From a virus (Duplodnaviria > Caudoviricetes), in IMG/VR virus record IMGVR_UViG_3300036803_000051, positions 1 to 46,959 of that record: a DNA stretch of 46,959 bases. The stretch is one strand, 5' to 3'. The notes under the pieces were generated by a model, which did not search any database, had not been told where the DNA came from, and was given only the letters and a program-made list of their open reading frames with translations. Position numbers and translations under genes: made by a program. Below are positions 1-8,282 of the stretch, one piece after another (position 1 is the stretch's first letter; every line of letters starts with the position of its first letter).

Positions 1-112
1 CCACGGCGCCGGTTACTGCGGCCGCGGTCGGAGTGGAAGCGGTGCAGGCCGTGGTAACGCTGGTTTTCATGGTTGCCGACAGGTCGCCGGTCACCGAGAC
101 GGCCGCGGTTAC
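1..112 (+). repeat. Terminal direct repeat, left copy (circular assembly overlap)
   Basis: Identical to 46848-46959. Confidence 0.97.
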
Positions 113-751
113 CGAGCCCACGGCGCCCGTGACGGAATCAGCCCTTACTGAGCCTGCCGTTGCCGGTGAGATCGTGCCGAGGGTATATTTCAGGTCCACC
201 AGCGGAACGCCGGTAACGTTGGGAGCCGGGATTGTGCCGCCCAGTAACTGCGTGGCGTTGGCCTTCACTACGCCTGACGTGAAATCGAGCTGCCCCGTGC
301 CGGTGCCGGCCGAAAGCAGCACGCTGGCGCCAAGGTCGCGGGCCGTCTGGCTGGTGCCGTTAATCTTGAGCACGTCCACACGGCCGCTCGAATCGACTGC
401 TAGCGGTAAACCGTTGGTTGCGCCGGCCACTGCCGAAGGTACGCCGTCGAAGCCTCCGTTATGCGCGTCCGCAACATAGCGGTATGTCTCCACGTCGTCT
501 ACGCCGCTGGATGTTCCGCGAATGATCAGCGGACCTGTGCTGCCGGTATCGGTGGTCGAGAGGTCCACGTAATACCAGCCGTTGGCAATCTCTGTTGCAT
601 TGGTGGCGCCGCCCGAAGGATTGGCGAATGCGGCGCCGTTTTTCGAGAGCACCACGGCGATGGTTTTACCCGTCGCGGCGGACACGTGATCGGTGCTGAG
701 ATACGCCTTCAGCGGAATTCTGCGGGTAACGGACTGAGGAATGGCAATCAT
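1..751 (-). CDS. Virion structural protein, 5' part (403 aa in total, spans the circular junction)
   Basis: ATG at 751 just after the upstream stop (MIAIPQSVTRRIPLKAYLSTDH...GWYYVDLSTTDT); open frame to base 1 continues in frame into 46847..46387; missing from the ORF track. Confidence 0.85.
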   Translation of the reverse strand, partial: MIAIPQSVTRRIPLKAYLSTDHVSAATGKTIAVVLSKNGAAFANPSGGATNATEIANGWYYVDLSTTDTGSTGPLIIRGTSSGVDDVETYRYVADAHNGGFDGVPSAVAGATNGLPLAVDSSGRVDVLKINGTSQTARDLGASVLLSAGTGTGQLDFTSGVVKANATQLLGGTIPAPNVTGVPLVDLKYTLGTISPATAGSVRADSVTGAVGSVTAAVSVTGDLSATMKTSVTTACTASTPTAAAVTGAV

Positions 752-752
752 A

Positions 753-2177
753 TTAGAACTCCGTGAAGATGCGAGCCCGGATCATGCCCGCGATGTTATG
801 CGCCGCCGCGCCGACGTCAGGATGCCCCAACGTGCCGGTCTTGCTATTCAGCGTGGCCGTGAAGTTTCCGCGGCCCGCGTATTCCGCGGCGGCGAGCACA
901 ATCGAGAAGTCGCCGGTCGATGGCGCGTTCCAGGGCGTGGCGCCGGAGGCGTAACTGAAGCTGCCGCTCTCCACAATCGCGGAGTTGGCGTATGTCGAAT
1001 TGCCGGAAGTGTTCGCCTGCGAGCCGGATCCGAAGCCGGAATTATAGATCAGGCCGCTGGTAATCGCAGTCCCGTTCGCCTTGATGCCCCACCCCGAATT
1101 CTTGACGAAGTTACAGTTCTCAGCGTAGACCGTGCCAGTTTGATTGTTCAGCGACAGGTCCATTCCGTTTAGGCAGTTATACACGTCGCAGTTGATAAAC
1201 CGGAGAAGCCAACTGCCCGCCGCCAATGTGTTGACCAAACCGCTACCTGAAGCCGAGTCGCAGATGCAATTGGTGAACGTGCCAAGCCCGCCGAACCCGT
1301 GGCAATTTGTGCCCGCTGACGCGTCATGGGCATAGCATCGCAGCGCATTCGCCGCCGAGCTGTTGCCTTGTACCGCCATCCCCGCAGCGGATGCGCTGGT
1401 GTTGCTTTGGTTCCAGTCGTAGATTTCGCACTCAGAAACCATGCACGTGGCGTTCATAACGATGCCGCTGCCGCGCACGTGCTGCACGATGCACCGGAAC
1501 ATGTTCGAGCTGCCAATCGCCACGCCCGCGACCGTGCCGGTGGCGCCGTTATTTTGCCAGATAAAATCGTAGACGCTGGAGCCAAAGGTCGCCAGCGTGA
1601 TCAGCGAATAGCTCGCGCCGCTGGTCCCGCCGTCGATAGTGGCGCGGCCCAGGTCGCCAGGGGATGATGTGTAGCCCTGCCATGCGATCTGGCCCGCCTT
1701 GGTGTGAGTTAGCCCAGCAGTGATGTTGTAGGTGGCGTTATTTTTGAAGTTGACCCTCGGGCCTAAGTTGGTGCCGTCGTTGAGAACCCCGGTCATGAAG
1801 TCAAACGGGAACTTATCTGCGGCGTTCGGTCCCAACCAGGTGCCGCCGATTTTCAAAGTGGTATTGGTGGTTCCGTTCGCGGGCGCGGCTCCTGCGATGG
1901 CTGTCAGGGAGACAGTGATGGTCGTCGTGGATCGCGCCGTAACGCGGCCTATAAATACCGTGTCGGTGGCCGTCGCGTCAGGATACACGCTTGCAAAATC
2001 ACCTACGACGACTCCGTCGCTGGTCGGATTGCCGCTGGCTACCGTGAAGACTCCGGTAGCCTGCACCCATGTGCCAGACGCATAAGTCAGCCGCGCCGCT
2101 CCTCCGGTCTCGCTGCCGGCATTGAGATTGCTTGCGCCGGCCAAACTCGCGTTGCAATAAAATTCGGTGAATGCCAT
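753..2177 (-). CDS. Virion protein with right-handed parallel beta-helix repeats
   Basis: 474 aa; repeated hydrophobic-x-N-C motifs (FTNCICD, FINCDVYNC, AENCNFVKN); located in the structural module. Confidence 0.7.
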   Translation of the reverse strand: MAFTEFYCNASLAGASNLNAGSETGGAARLTYASGTWVQATGVFTVASGNPTSDGVVVGDFASVYPDATATDTVFIGRVTARSTTTITVSLTAIAGAAPANGTTNTTLKIGGTWLGPNAADKFPFDFMTGVLNDGTNLGPRVNFKNNATYNITAGLTHTKAGQIAWQGYTSSPGDLGRATIDGGTSGASYSLITLATFGSSVYDFIWQNNGATGTVAGVAIGSSNMFRCIVQHVRGSGIVMNATCMVSECEIYDWNQSNTSASAAGMAVQGNSSAANALRCYAHDASAGTNCHGFGGLGTFTNCICDSASGSGLVNTLAAGSWLLRFINCDVYNCLNGMDLSLNNQTGTVYAENCNFVKNSGWGIKANGTAITSGLIYNSGFGSGSQANTSGNSTYANSAIVESGSFSYASGATPWNAPSTGDFSIVLAAAEYAGRGNFTATLNSKTGTLGHPDVGAAAHNIAGMIRARIFTEF

Positions 2178-2181
2178 AAAA

Positions 2182-2496
2182 TCACGATGGGATTACGTAC
2201 GGCGTCCAGTTGGAATTGCCGGCGTTCATATCGTTGGCGAATTGCAACCTCGCGTTGAACGTCGCCTGGTCAGGCGAAGCGGCCGTGGCCTGCGCCAGAA
2301 GCGCCATCAGCTTGCCGTAATTCTCCGCAGACATAGACACCGTCGAAACGCCATCCACGGTGGCGTATGATACGCCGGTCATTTCCCCTACCCATTGCCA
2401 TTGCCCCGGCGTCACTCCAAGCGCGCCCAGCAAAGCGTCGGCCTGCGCCTGTAGCATCGTCAGCGTTACTACGCCGTTGGTTTGCTGGTAGGTCAC
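2182..2496 (-). CDS. Hypothetical (probably virion) protein
   Basis: 104 aa, GTGA-coupled to the upstream gene. Confidence 0.65.
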   Translation of the reverse strand: MTYQQTNGVVTLTMLQAQADALLGALGVTPGQWQWVGEMTGVSYATVDGVSTVSMSAENYGKLMALLAQATAASPDQATFNARLQFANDMNAGNSNWTPYVIPS

Positions 2497-2975
2497 TGCC
2501 GCGCTTCCACCTGAATCGTGTAGACGATGCCGGTGACGATGGTGCCCGACACAACCAGTTCGTAGCGGAGGTTCTGGCCCCAGGCGCCGTGCCGCACCGA
2601 TCCGGCGGCCAGGCTCTTGGGAGCATGGGTCGAGGTGGTGAGCAGCGTTGCCGAGTCCACAGCCGAAACGCCGGGAGTGGCTGTGGTGACGTTCTGGGGA
2701 AGCAGGTCACTGCGCACCCGCGCCGTGTAAGTCTTCGCGCCCGTGGTGGCCACCTGGGGGAAATGCACGATGTCCCACTCACTCTGGCCATCTCCGGTGA
2801 TGATGTAGAAGTCGTAGGTTTCGTCCGCGCTATCGCGTTCGGCCGAAGTGATTTTCAGCGTTACGACGAGTTCGGTGTACCGGTCCAAGCTGTAGTCCAC
2901 GGCCGCCGGCGCATAGTTCACGCCCTTCGTCACGGCTGAATCGAGCAGGATGTGTAATCTGTTGCGTTGTTCCAT
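2493..2975 (-). CDS. Putative head-associated beta-sandwich protein
   Basis: 160 aa, GGAG RBS, follows the capsid genes. Confidence 0.65.
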   Translation of the reverse strand: MEQRNRLHILLDSAVTKGVNYAPAAVDYSLDRYTELVVTLKITSAERDSADETYDFYIITGDGQSEWDIVHFPQVATTGAKTYTARVRSDLLPQNVTTATPGVSAVDSATLLTTSTHAPKSLAAGSVRHGAWGQNLRYELVVSGTIVTGIVYTIQVEARQ

Positions 2976-2989
2976 TGAGGTCTCCAGGG

Positions 2990-3025
2990 GGAAAAGGTGG
3001 GGGCCGACATCCAGTCAGGCCCCCG
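2990..3025 (-). terminator. Possible weak intrinsic terminator or hairpin
   Basis: Minus strand GGGGGCC(T)GAC-TGGAT-GTCGGCCCCC followed by a short T run. Confidence 0.35.
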
Positions 3026-3032
3026 GAGGAAA

Positions 3033-3695
3033 TTACAGGGTGTGGACGCGATAGGTCACAAACACTTTGATCGTGCCCGTCGCCGTACCGGGTTGAACGA
3101 AGGCGGCAGCCGCCACGAGATTGATACCGGTATTCGAGGTCACCACGGCGCCGGTCGCCGCGAGCGGGGTATAGGTTCCGATCTTGCTGGAGGCCGCGCC
3201 GATGCTGTTGGCTGCGGAAATGATGCCGGTCAGCGCAGCGCCGCCGGCTGCGAGATTCACGGTGACGTTGCCGCCCGAGGTGTATGCCGCGACCCCGAAC
3301 GTATAGCTCATGGTCGCTGAAACAAACTCGATCACTTTGCCAGCGCCGGGCGCCGCAACCAGCGGGTAACCGTTGGCGTGGCCGAACTGGCCTGCCGAGG
3401 TGCCGACCAGATCAGTCGCGTTGATGGAGACCGTAGTGGTGGTGCTGGTGCTGGCGCCGGCGTTGGTGATGTGATTGCCGCTGGCGTCGATGCCCCACAG
3501 GAAGTTCTTCGAGCCGTCATAGGCTTCGATCAGACTGGCAGTCTGAGAGGGAGCACCCTGGATAGTCAACGGCACTTTGTTGGCGGCGTTGGAGTCGCCG
3601 ACTGAAGTGCGGTAGCGGGCGCGCAATAGCGTCGGACCCAGCTTCGTGAGCCACGCGGGCGTGCCGCGCTGTGTGTCTGAGGGAAATGTTGGCAT
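3033..3695 (-). CDS. Putative capsid decoration / head-fibre protein
   Basis: 220 aa, Ala/Gly/Thr-rich, downstream of the major capsid gene; C-terminus GTIKVFVTYR. Confidence 0.6.
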   Translation of the reverse strand: MPTFPSDTQRGTPAWLTKLGPTLLRARYRTSVGDSNAANKVPLTIQGAPSQTASLIEAYDGSKNFLWGIDASGNHITNAGASTSTTTTVSINATDLVGTSAGQFGHANGYPLVAAPGAGKVIEFVSATMSYTFGVAAYTSGGNVTVNLAAGGAALTGIISAANSIGAASSKIGTYTPLAATGAVVTSNTGINLVAAAAFVQPGTATGTIKVFVTYRVHTL

Positions 3696-3741
3696 GGTAC
3701 CGTCTGTTCCTTTTTGTGAGAAGTTAACTTACAAAATGCTC

Positions 3742-3777
3742 TTGTTATCCGCTAGCGTTTACGGCATACTTATATGC
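3742..3777 (+). promoter_or_regulatory. Sigma70-like promoter with a palindromic operator in the spacer
   Basis: TTGTTA-17bp-CATACT, 7 nt before ATG 3778; spacer contains the CGCTAGCG palindrome. Confidence 0.6.
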
Positions 3778-4092
3778 ATGGCGCGAAACGGCAAGGTAGA
3801 AATGATCGGACACATCGGAGTGGATAACGCCGTAGTTATGATCGGTGATCCCTGGTATTACTTCGATGAGGCCGAGGAGGCGAACTGCATGTCATTTATC
3901 ACCGATTTCTCCAAGTCGGTGAAGACTCTCAATGAGACCACGGATACGGCCGCCGTAAGTTTCATGCCGCACGCCGGTTGCGCCCAGGCTATAGTGGTCG
4001 GCGGATTCGGCGGCGATGGGACCTTTCCGGTTTACATCAAGCGCGACGAATCGGGACGGGTTACAGAGTTGATCGTCCGCTTCAAGAGGTAG
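3778..4092 (+). CDS. DUF4241-like protein (moron)
   Basis: GHIGVDNA.VMIGDP and GFGGDGTFPVYIKRDESGRV motifs; opposite strand to its neighbours. Confidence 0.65.
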   Translation: MARNGKVEMIGHIGVDNAVVMIGDPWYYFDEAEEANCMSFITDFSKSVKTLNETTDTAAVSFMPHAGCAQAIVVGGFGGDGTFPVYIKRDESGRVTELIVRFKR

Positions 4093-4096
4093 TCCA

Positions 4097-4249
4097 ATGG
4101 CGAATCGTAAAAATCCAGCCGCCGTCGCTCTTGGCCGCCGGGGTGGCAGGGCCAAAGTCCCGAAGGGCTTTGCGATGCTGACCCCAGCGGAGAGGTCCAA
4201 GATAGCGAAGGCGGCCGCCCTAAAACGATGGGCTAAAAAGAGCGCTTAG
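4097..4249 (+). CDS. 50-aa basic KGG-like putative nucleic-acid-binding peptide
   Basis: Translated by hand: MANRKNPAAVALGRRGGRAKVPKGFAMLTPAERSKIAKAAALKRWAKKSA; below the ORF-track cutoff. Confidence 0.8.
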   Translation: MANRKNPAAVALGRRGGRAKVPKGFAMLTPAERSKIAKAAALKRWAKKSA

Positions 4250-5172
4250 GCGCCCTGAGAGCCGTACACTCCGCGCCATCCGAAAAATCCGAAATCCGCA
4301 CGATAGCGCATGAATACTATCCCGGTCTCGTTCTTCTCGATGTAATCGCTGGTGGTGTAAGGAGCCTTGCGGTCCAGCCACAGGGTCTCGGTCTCGGCGG
4401 GAGGCGCAACCAGGAACCACGCATCCACGTCGGTCAGGTACGGCCACACGATGGAGGTGATCACTCCGCCGCTCTCGCTGTACTGGAAAGCGTTGGCGGT
4501 GTGGTTGGCGGTGTCGGAGCGCATCTGCGACTTCAGGATTTCGGCGACGTTCCAGCGGTTCTGGCTGCTCACCAGGACCTTCGGGGTCGGCAACATCTGC
4601 AGGAACCCTTCGTGCGTTTTGATGAGTTCCCAATCGGTCAGGCCGATTTCGAGGGAGGTCACTTCGAGGTCAGCGGCGACGGAGATCAGGTTGGCCTGGG
4701 TTCCGCCGGCTTTCACCAGCGGGTGGTCGGAAGCGATGAGAGCCTTGCCATCCGGGCCGGCGAAATTGGTGCCATCGAAAGCGTTATTGAACACGCTGGC
4801 GGCCTGGATTTCGCGCGCCTGGCGGATGGAATTCGAAAGAGCGACCGAGCGCCGGCTGATGATGCCGACCTTGTCATCCTCGACCAGCTCTTTGCTGGCC
4901 GCGATGCCCAAGCCGTACTTCACGGGCTTGAATGTCTTGTTGAACCCCTGCACGAAGCTGTCGGTCGGAGTGTCCTCGCTTTCTCCAACCAGCGTGGGCA
5001 GGCCCACACCGGTCATCTGCGAAAACTGCTCGATGGAGCGGCTGGTGGTGTCGGTGTTCAGGATTTTGTCCAGCATCGACGGCTTCTGTTTGTAGTTCTG
5101 CCAGATCTTCGCGTTGAGAGCCGGCAGCATCGTTTCGAAAAAGAAATCGGAAAATTGTCCACGAATCTGCAT
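4246..5172 (-). CDS. Major capsid protein (Mu gpT-like, HK97 fold)
   Basis: 308 aa; KYGLGIAASKELVEDD, AASVFNNAF...GPDGKALIASDHP, PYLTDVDAWFL, FGFFGWRGVYGSQGA motifs. Confidence 0.9.
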   Translation of the reverse strand: MQIRGQFSDFFFETMLPALNAKIWQNYKQKPSMLDKILNTDTTSRSIEQFSQMTGVGLPTLVGESEDTPTDSFVQGFNKTFKPVKYGLGIAASKELVEDDKVGIISRRSVALSNSIRQAREIQAASVFNNAFDGTNFAGPDGKALIASDHPLVKAGGTQANLISVAADLEVTSLEIGLTDWELIKTHEGFLQMLPTPKVLVSSQNRWNVAEILKSQMRSDTANHTANAFQYSESGGVITSIVWPYLTDVDAWFLVAPPAETETLWLDRKAPYTTSDYIEKNETGIVFMRYRADFGFFGWRGVYGSQGA

Positions 5173-5174
5173 GG

Positions 5175-5717
5175 TTAGATGCCTGCCTTCTGGTCAGCTT
5201 CGACCAAGTTATTGAACGTCACGAACACCTTGGCGTACTGGCCCAGAACGTTGCTCGCGTCCTGGAAGAGGCCGCGCACTTTCACGTCGAGCGTGTTGGT
5301 GGTTGCCAGGCTGGTCTCGCTGATGGAGTGCTTGGAGACCTTGGTGGCGGTGTTGCCGGCGGTGAGCGCGAGGTTCGCGGTCTTCTGCAGGCTGGCCGCA
5401 ACCAGGAAGGTCGCGCCGGTTCCGTCGCCCTGAGCGACGAAGATTGCGCCCGCGGCCATCACGATAGCGTGATTGGTGGCCGTTGAGGCGGCTCCGTAGA
5501 TCAGGTTGACGCCCAACACCGGGGTCGTGCCCGGAGTGATGGCTGCATCAATGCAGAGGTTGTTCTTGGTTCCTGCGGCTGCGTGCGTAACGCAGTCGTT
5601 CATGAAGAGGGCAGTGCCGTAGCCGACCAGCTTGTGAGCCGGAACTACGGTGCCGCTGCCGCCCGTAAGAGTTCGCATCGTCGGCCGGAAGCCGAAGGGC
5701 GAATTGGGGTTTGCCAT
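5175..5717 (-). CDS. Capsid cement / decoration protein
   Basis: MANPNSPFGFRP N-terminus; directly upstream of the MCP gene; AGGAG RBS. Confidence 0.7.
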   Translation of the reverse strand: MANPNSPFGFRPTMRTLTGGSGTVVPAHKLVGYGTALFMNDCVTHAAAGTKNNLCIDAAITPGTTPVLGVNLIYGAASTATNHAIVMAAGAIFVAQGDGTGATFLVAASLQKTANLALTAGNTATKVSKHSISETSLATTNTLDVKVRGLFQDASNVLGQYAKVFVTFNNLVEADQKAGI

Positions 5718-5851
5718 TTGTTGCTCCTAAAGTTTTGGGATTTGTGATGCCTCAGAAGCGAAGACAAAAGGCAGGGTGAGGTAAACCGCGTCCGGATGCC
5801 CCTTGCGGAGACGAAAATGGACACACCATGCTTCGCGTACTGCGAATTCGT

Positions 5852-6550
5852 TTATTGGTCGGACAGAGAAGTCTGCCCGCCCTCGCGCTTGTACTGGTCC
5901 GTCATCTGCTTCAGGAGCATGTTGCCTTTCTCCTGGTAGTGACGGTTGCGGGCTTTGGCCAATTGCTCGGGAACCTGTCCCAGCACTAAGCCTTTGACCT
6001 TCACGGGGTCGCCTGCTCGCGCGTGGCCTTCGGGGTACTTTACGACTTCGTAATCCCCGGTGCCGCCTCCCTCTTTGATCTTGGAGGCTGATAAAAACTT
6101 GGGACGCATGCCCTTGCCCACATAGCGGTCTGCGACTTCCTTCAGCGGATCGCGCGCTTCATACGTGGACATGCCGCGGTCGATCACGTCGTCGCGGCGT
6201 TGATGCAGGGCCTTGCCGATCTCGTCGGTCGAGCGGATTACTTCTTCCCAGTGTCCGGGTCCTTGTGAGGATTCGGCCACCCAGCGCCGGTCGCGCCGCG
6301 GTGCGTCCACTTCCACTCCCATGCCGGTGCGGCCCTCATTGGCCTCGGCGATGCCCTCGTCGGTCTGCCGGTACACGATGCGGTTCTGCATCTCGATTGG
6401 CAGTTCGCCAACGCGGACGCCGGCAACGTGCATATCGAGGATCGGATTCGGCGGAAGCTCCGGAATGTCGCGATGGAAAATCGGGCTTTCCGGAATGCCG
6501 GCGAAATCCTGCCGTGCTTCTTTGGTTTCGAGAACTTCTTTCTTCGCCAT
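5852..6550 (-). CDS. Conserved head-module hypothetical protein
   Basis: 232 aa between scaffold and capsid genes; GLVLGQVPEQLAKARNRHY motif. Confidence 0.7.
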   Translation of the reverse strand: MAKKEVLETKEARQDFAGIPESPIFHRDIPELPPNPILDMHVAGVRVGELPIEMQNRIVYRQTDEGIAEANEGRTGMGVEVDAPRRDRRWVAESSQGPGHWEEVIRSTDEIGKALHQRRDDVIDRGMSTYEARDPLKEVADRYVGKGMRPKFLSASKIKEGGGTGDYEVVKYPEGHARAGDPVKVKGLVLGQVPEQLAKARNRHYQEKGNMLLKQMTDQYKREGGQTSLSDQ

Positions 6551-6552
6551 GA

Positions 6553-7389
6553 CTATCTACTACGCCTCCGTGATCCCGTGGCCTTCAGAGAGGCCTTGTA
6601 TTCGTCTTCCGAAATGCCCATGGCCGCGATGATCTGCTTGGCTTCCGAGCCCAGCATGTCCCGGTCGTCCACTTCGCCGCGGTTGCGCGTGCGGCCGTCC
6701 TGCGAGTCGGCGCGTCTCCTGCGGTCGTCTTCGCGCTCGGGGCGGTTGTAGCGGTCTTCTTCTTCTTCTTCGCGGGCCTTGACCGGCGCAGTGCGCTTCA
6801 GCGATTCGCGCGCCGCTTCGGCTGCGAGATACAGGGCCGCGGGGGTCTTCTTGGCGTTCGGGTCCATTGCCACTGCGCGCTGGTAGCGGGTCGCGGTCGC
6901 TTTGAACAGTTCGCTGTTCTGGTCCTTCAATTCGGGGAACTCGGCCATGATCATAGCGTCGGAGCTGACCTTCTGCCGTTCGCGTCCGATCAACTCCTGC
7001 GCGATCTCAACAGATTTCTTGGCGATCAGCTTCTCGGCATCCTTCGCCGTCAGGAAACCGCGCGCCTTGAGGCCTGCGGCGCCCTTGCTCGCCAAATCGT
7101 TGACCAGCTTCTCGGGCGTGTCGCCGTCGTCGGTGGCCTCTTCTTCATCCAGAAACTCGCGCGGATCTACTTCGTCCGTTTCCGCGGCGGCCTCGTTGGC
7201 GCGGGGCTGTCGATGCAAGCCGCTCCAGTATTTCGCTGCTTCGGCGCGTTCGTTCGATTCGCGTTTCAGCGCATCGAGTTCGGCGCGGCTGATGGTTACG
7301 TTGTCTTCTTTGCTCCCCTTATCTTGGCCTGGCGGCACTTGAGAGGGGGTTGCACCGGGTTCGGTGACTTGTAGCTCTTCGAGTTCCAT
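6553..7389 (-). CDS. Capsid scaffolding protein
   Basis: 278 aa, acidic and helical, C-terminus IAAMGISEDEYKAS; position between portal and capsid. Confidence 0.7.
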   Translation of the reverse strand: MELEELQVTEPGATPSQVPPGQDKGSKEDNVTISRAELDALKRESNERAEAAKYWSGLHRQPRANEAAAETDEVDPREFLDEEEATDDGDTPEKLVNDLASKGAAGLKARGFLTAKDAEKLIAKKSVEIAQELIGRERQKVSSDAMIMAEFPELKDQNSELFKATATRYQRAVAMDPNAKKTPAALYLAAEAARESLKRTAPVKAREEEEEDRYNRPEREDDRRRRADSQDGRTRNRGEVDDRDMLGSEAKQIIAAMGISEDEYKASLKATGSRRRSR

Positions 7390-7538
7390 GTGCTCCTGTG
7401 GTACTTTTCTGGTGTTGCTGGACCTTGCTGAAAACCTGAATTGCGGCTAGGCTTGACTGTGGGAAGCGGGCGGCCTCATTGAAGCAGAAGCAAGAATGGC
7501 GCGATGTTCGTTCAGTTTGAAACCTTTCCGCTCGCTTC

Positions 7539-7874
7539 TCACTTCAGCTTCAATTCGTGTCCGAACGGCGTTTCCCCGTATATGTCGCTGCGCTTCGTCA
7601 CATAGACCGAATCGCACGGGATGCACATCGCCTTGTATCTGCCGCCCTCGTAATGGATGGCCATGCGTCCGTCGCCCTTAAGTTCTGAAGGCTTCTTGCC
7701 GCACTCGCTGCACTCGCCCATGAAGTTGCCGGTGCTCAGTGCTTCGAGAGCCTCCTGGTGCCGCTGTTCGCAGCCGGTGCAGATCTTCACGCCGCCGGGC
7801 ATCGGAATGATGTCGAGCGGTGATCGGAACTTGCGGCAATAATGACAAGCGGTTCCGACGATCAGAAGCGACAC
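7539..7874 (-). CDS. Zn-finger protein
   Basis: Four CxxC pairs. Confidence 0.7.
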   Translation of the reverse strand: MSLLIVGTACHYCRKFRSPLDIIPMPGGVKICTGCEQRHQEALEALSTGNFMGECSECGKKPSELKGDGRMAIHYEGGRYKAMCIPCDSVYVTKRSDIYGETPFGHELKLK

Positions 7875-8024
7875 TTAGCAGGGCTTCCCTTGCCCCAGCA
7901 TCGAATCGGCCACGCCTTGCCAAGCGGATTTCGCGGCGGCGGGCTTCTTTTTCTTCGTCGGCATCGGGGCCTTGGCTTTCGCGGCGGCCGGGGGAACTAC
8001 TGCTGCGGGTTTCTTCGGGTACAT
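7875..8024 (-). CDS. 49-aa Lys/Pro/Ala-rich basic peptide
   Basis: MYPKKPAAVVPPAAAKAKAPMPTKKKKPAAAKSAWQGVADSMLGQGKPC, AAGGA RBS. Confidence 0.65.
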   Translation of the reverse strand: MYPKKPAAVVPPAAAKAKAPMPTKKKKPAAAKSAWQGVADSMLGQGKPC

Positions 8025-8036
8025 TTGATTTCCTTT

Positions 8037-8282
8037 TTACGGCTTGTACTGAATCTCGGCGGCGATCTCGTCGCGCAATTGAATCGGGAGTCTGAGGGCT
8101 AAACGCAGCGAATCAACGCGGCCGCGAGCCAGCGAGGTCTTCTGTAGGTCCGAGTCCATTTCCAGGTCTTCGCGCTTCCGTTCCAACTCGGTGCGCAACC
8201 GCATCTCGAGCAGCTTCCAGCCGCGGGAATAGATCAGCTCCTGCAGCGCGTCAACGTCGGCAGTATCGAAGGGCTCGGTCAC
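8037..8282 (-). CDS. Small helical protein following the portal
   Basis: 81 aa, GTGA-coupled to the portal; LIYSRGWKLL motif typical of post-portal genes. Confidence 0.7.
   Translation of the reverse strand: MTEPFDTADVDALQELIYSRGWKLLEMRLRTELERKREDLEMDSDLQKTSLARGRVDSLRLALRLPIQLRDEIAAEIQYKP

Noticed and set aside
1-112. Terminal repeat as a biological DTR
   Set aside because: It falls in the middle of a gene; best explained as assembler overlap on a circular or permuted genome
104-127. Short repeat GCGGTTACCGAGCCCACGGCGCC also present at ~46835-46857
   Set aside because: Encodes the repeated peptide GAVGSVTA within one protein; too short to explain the 112-bp overlap
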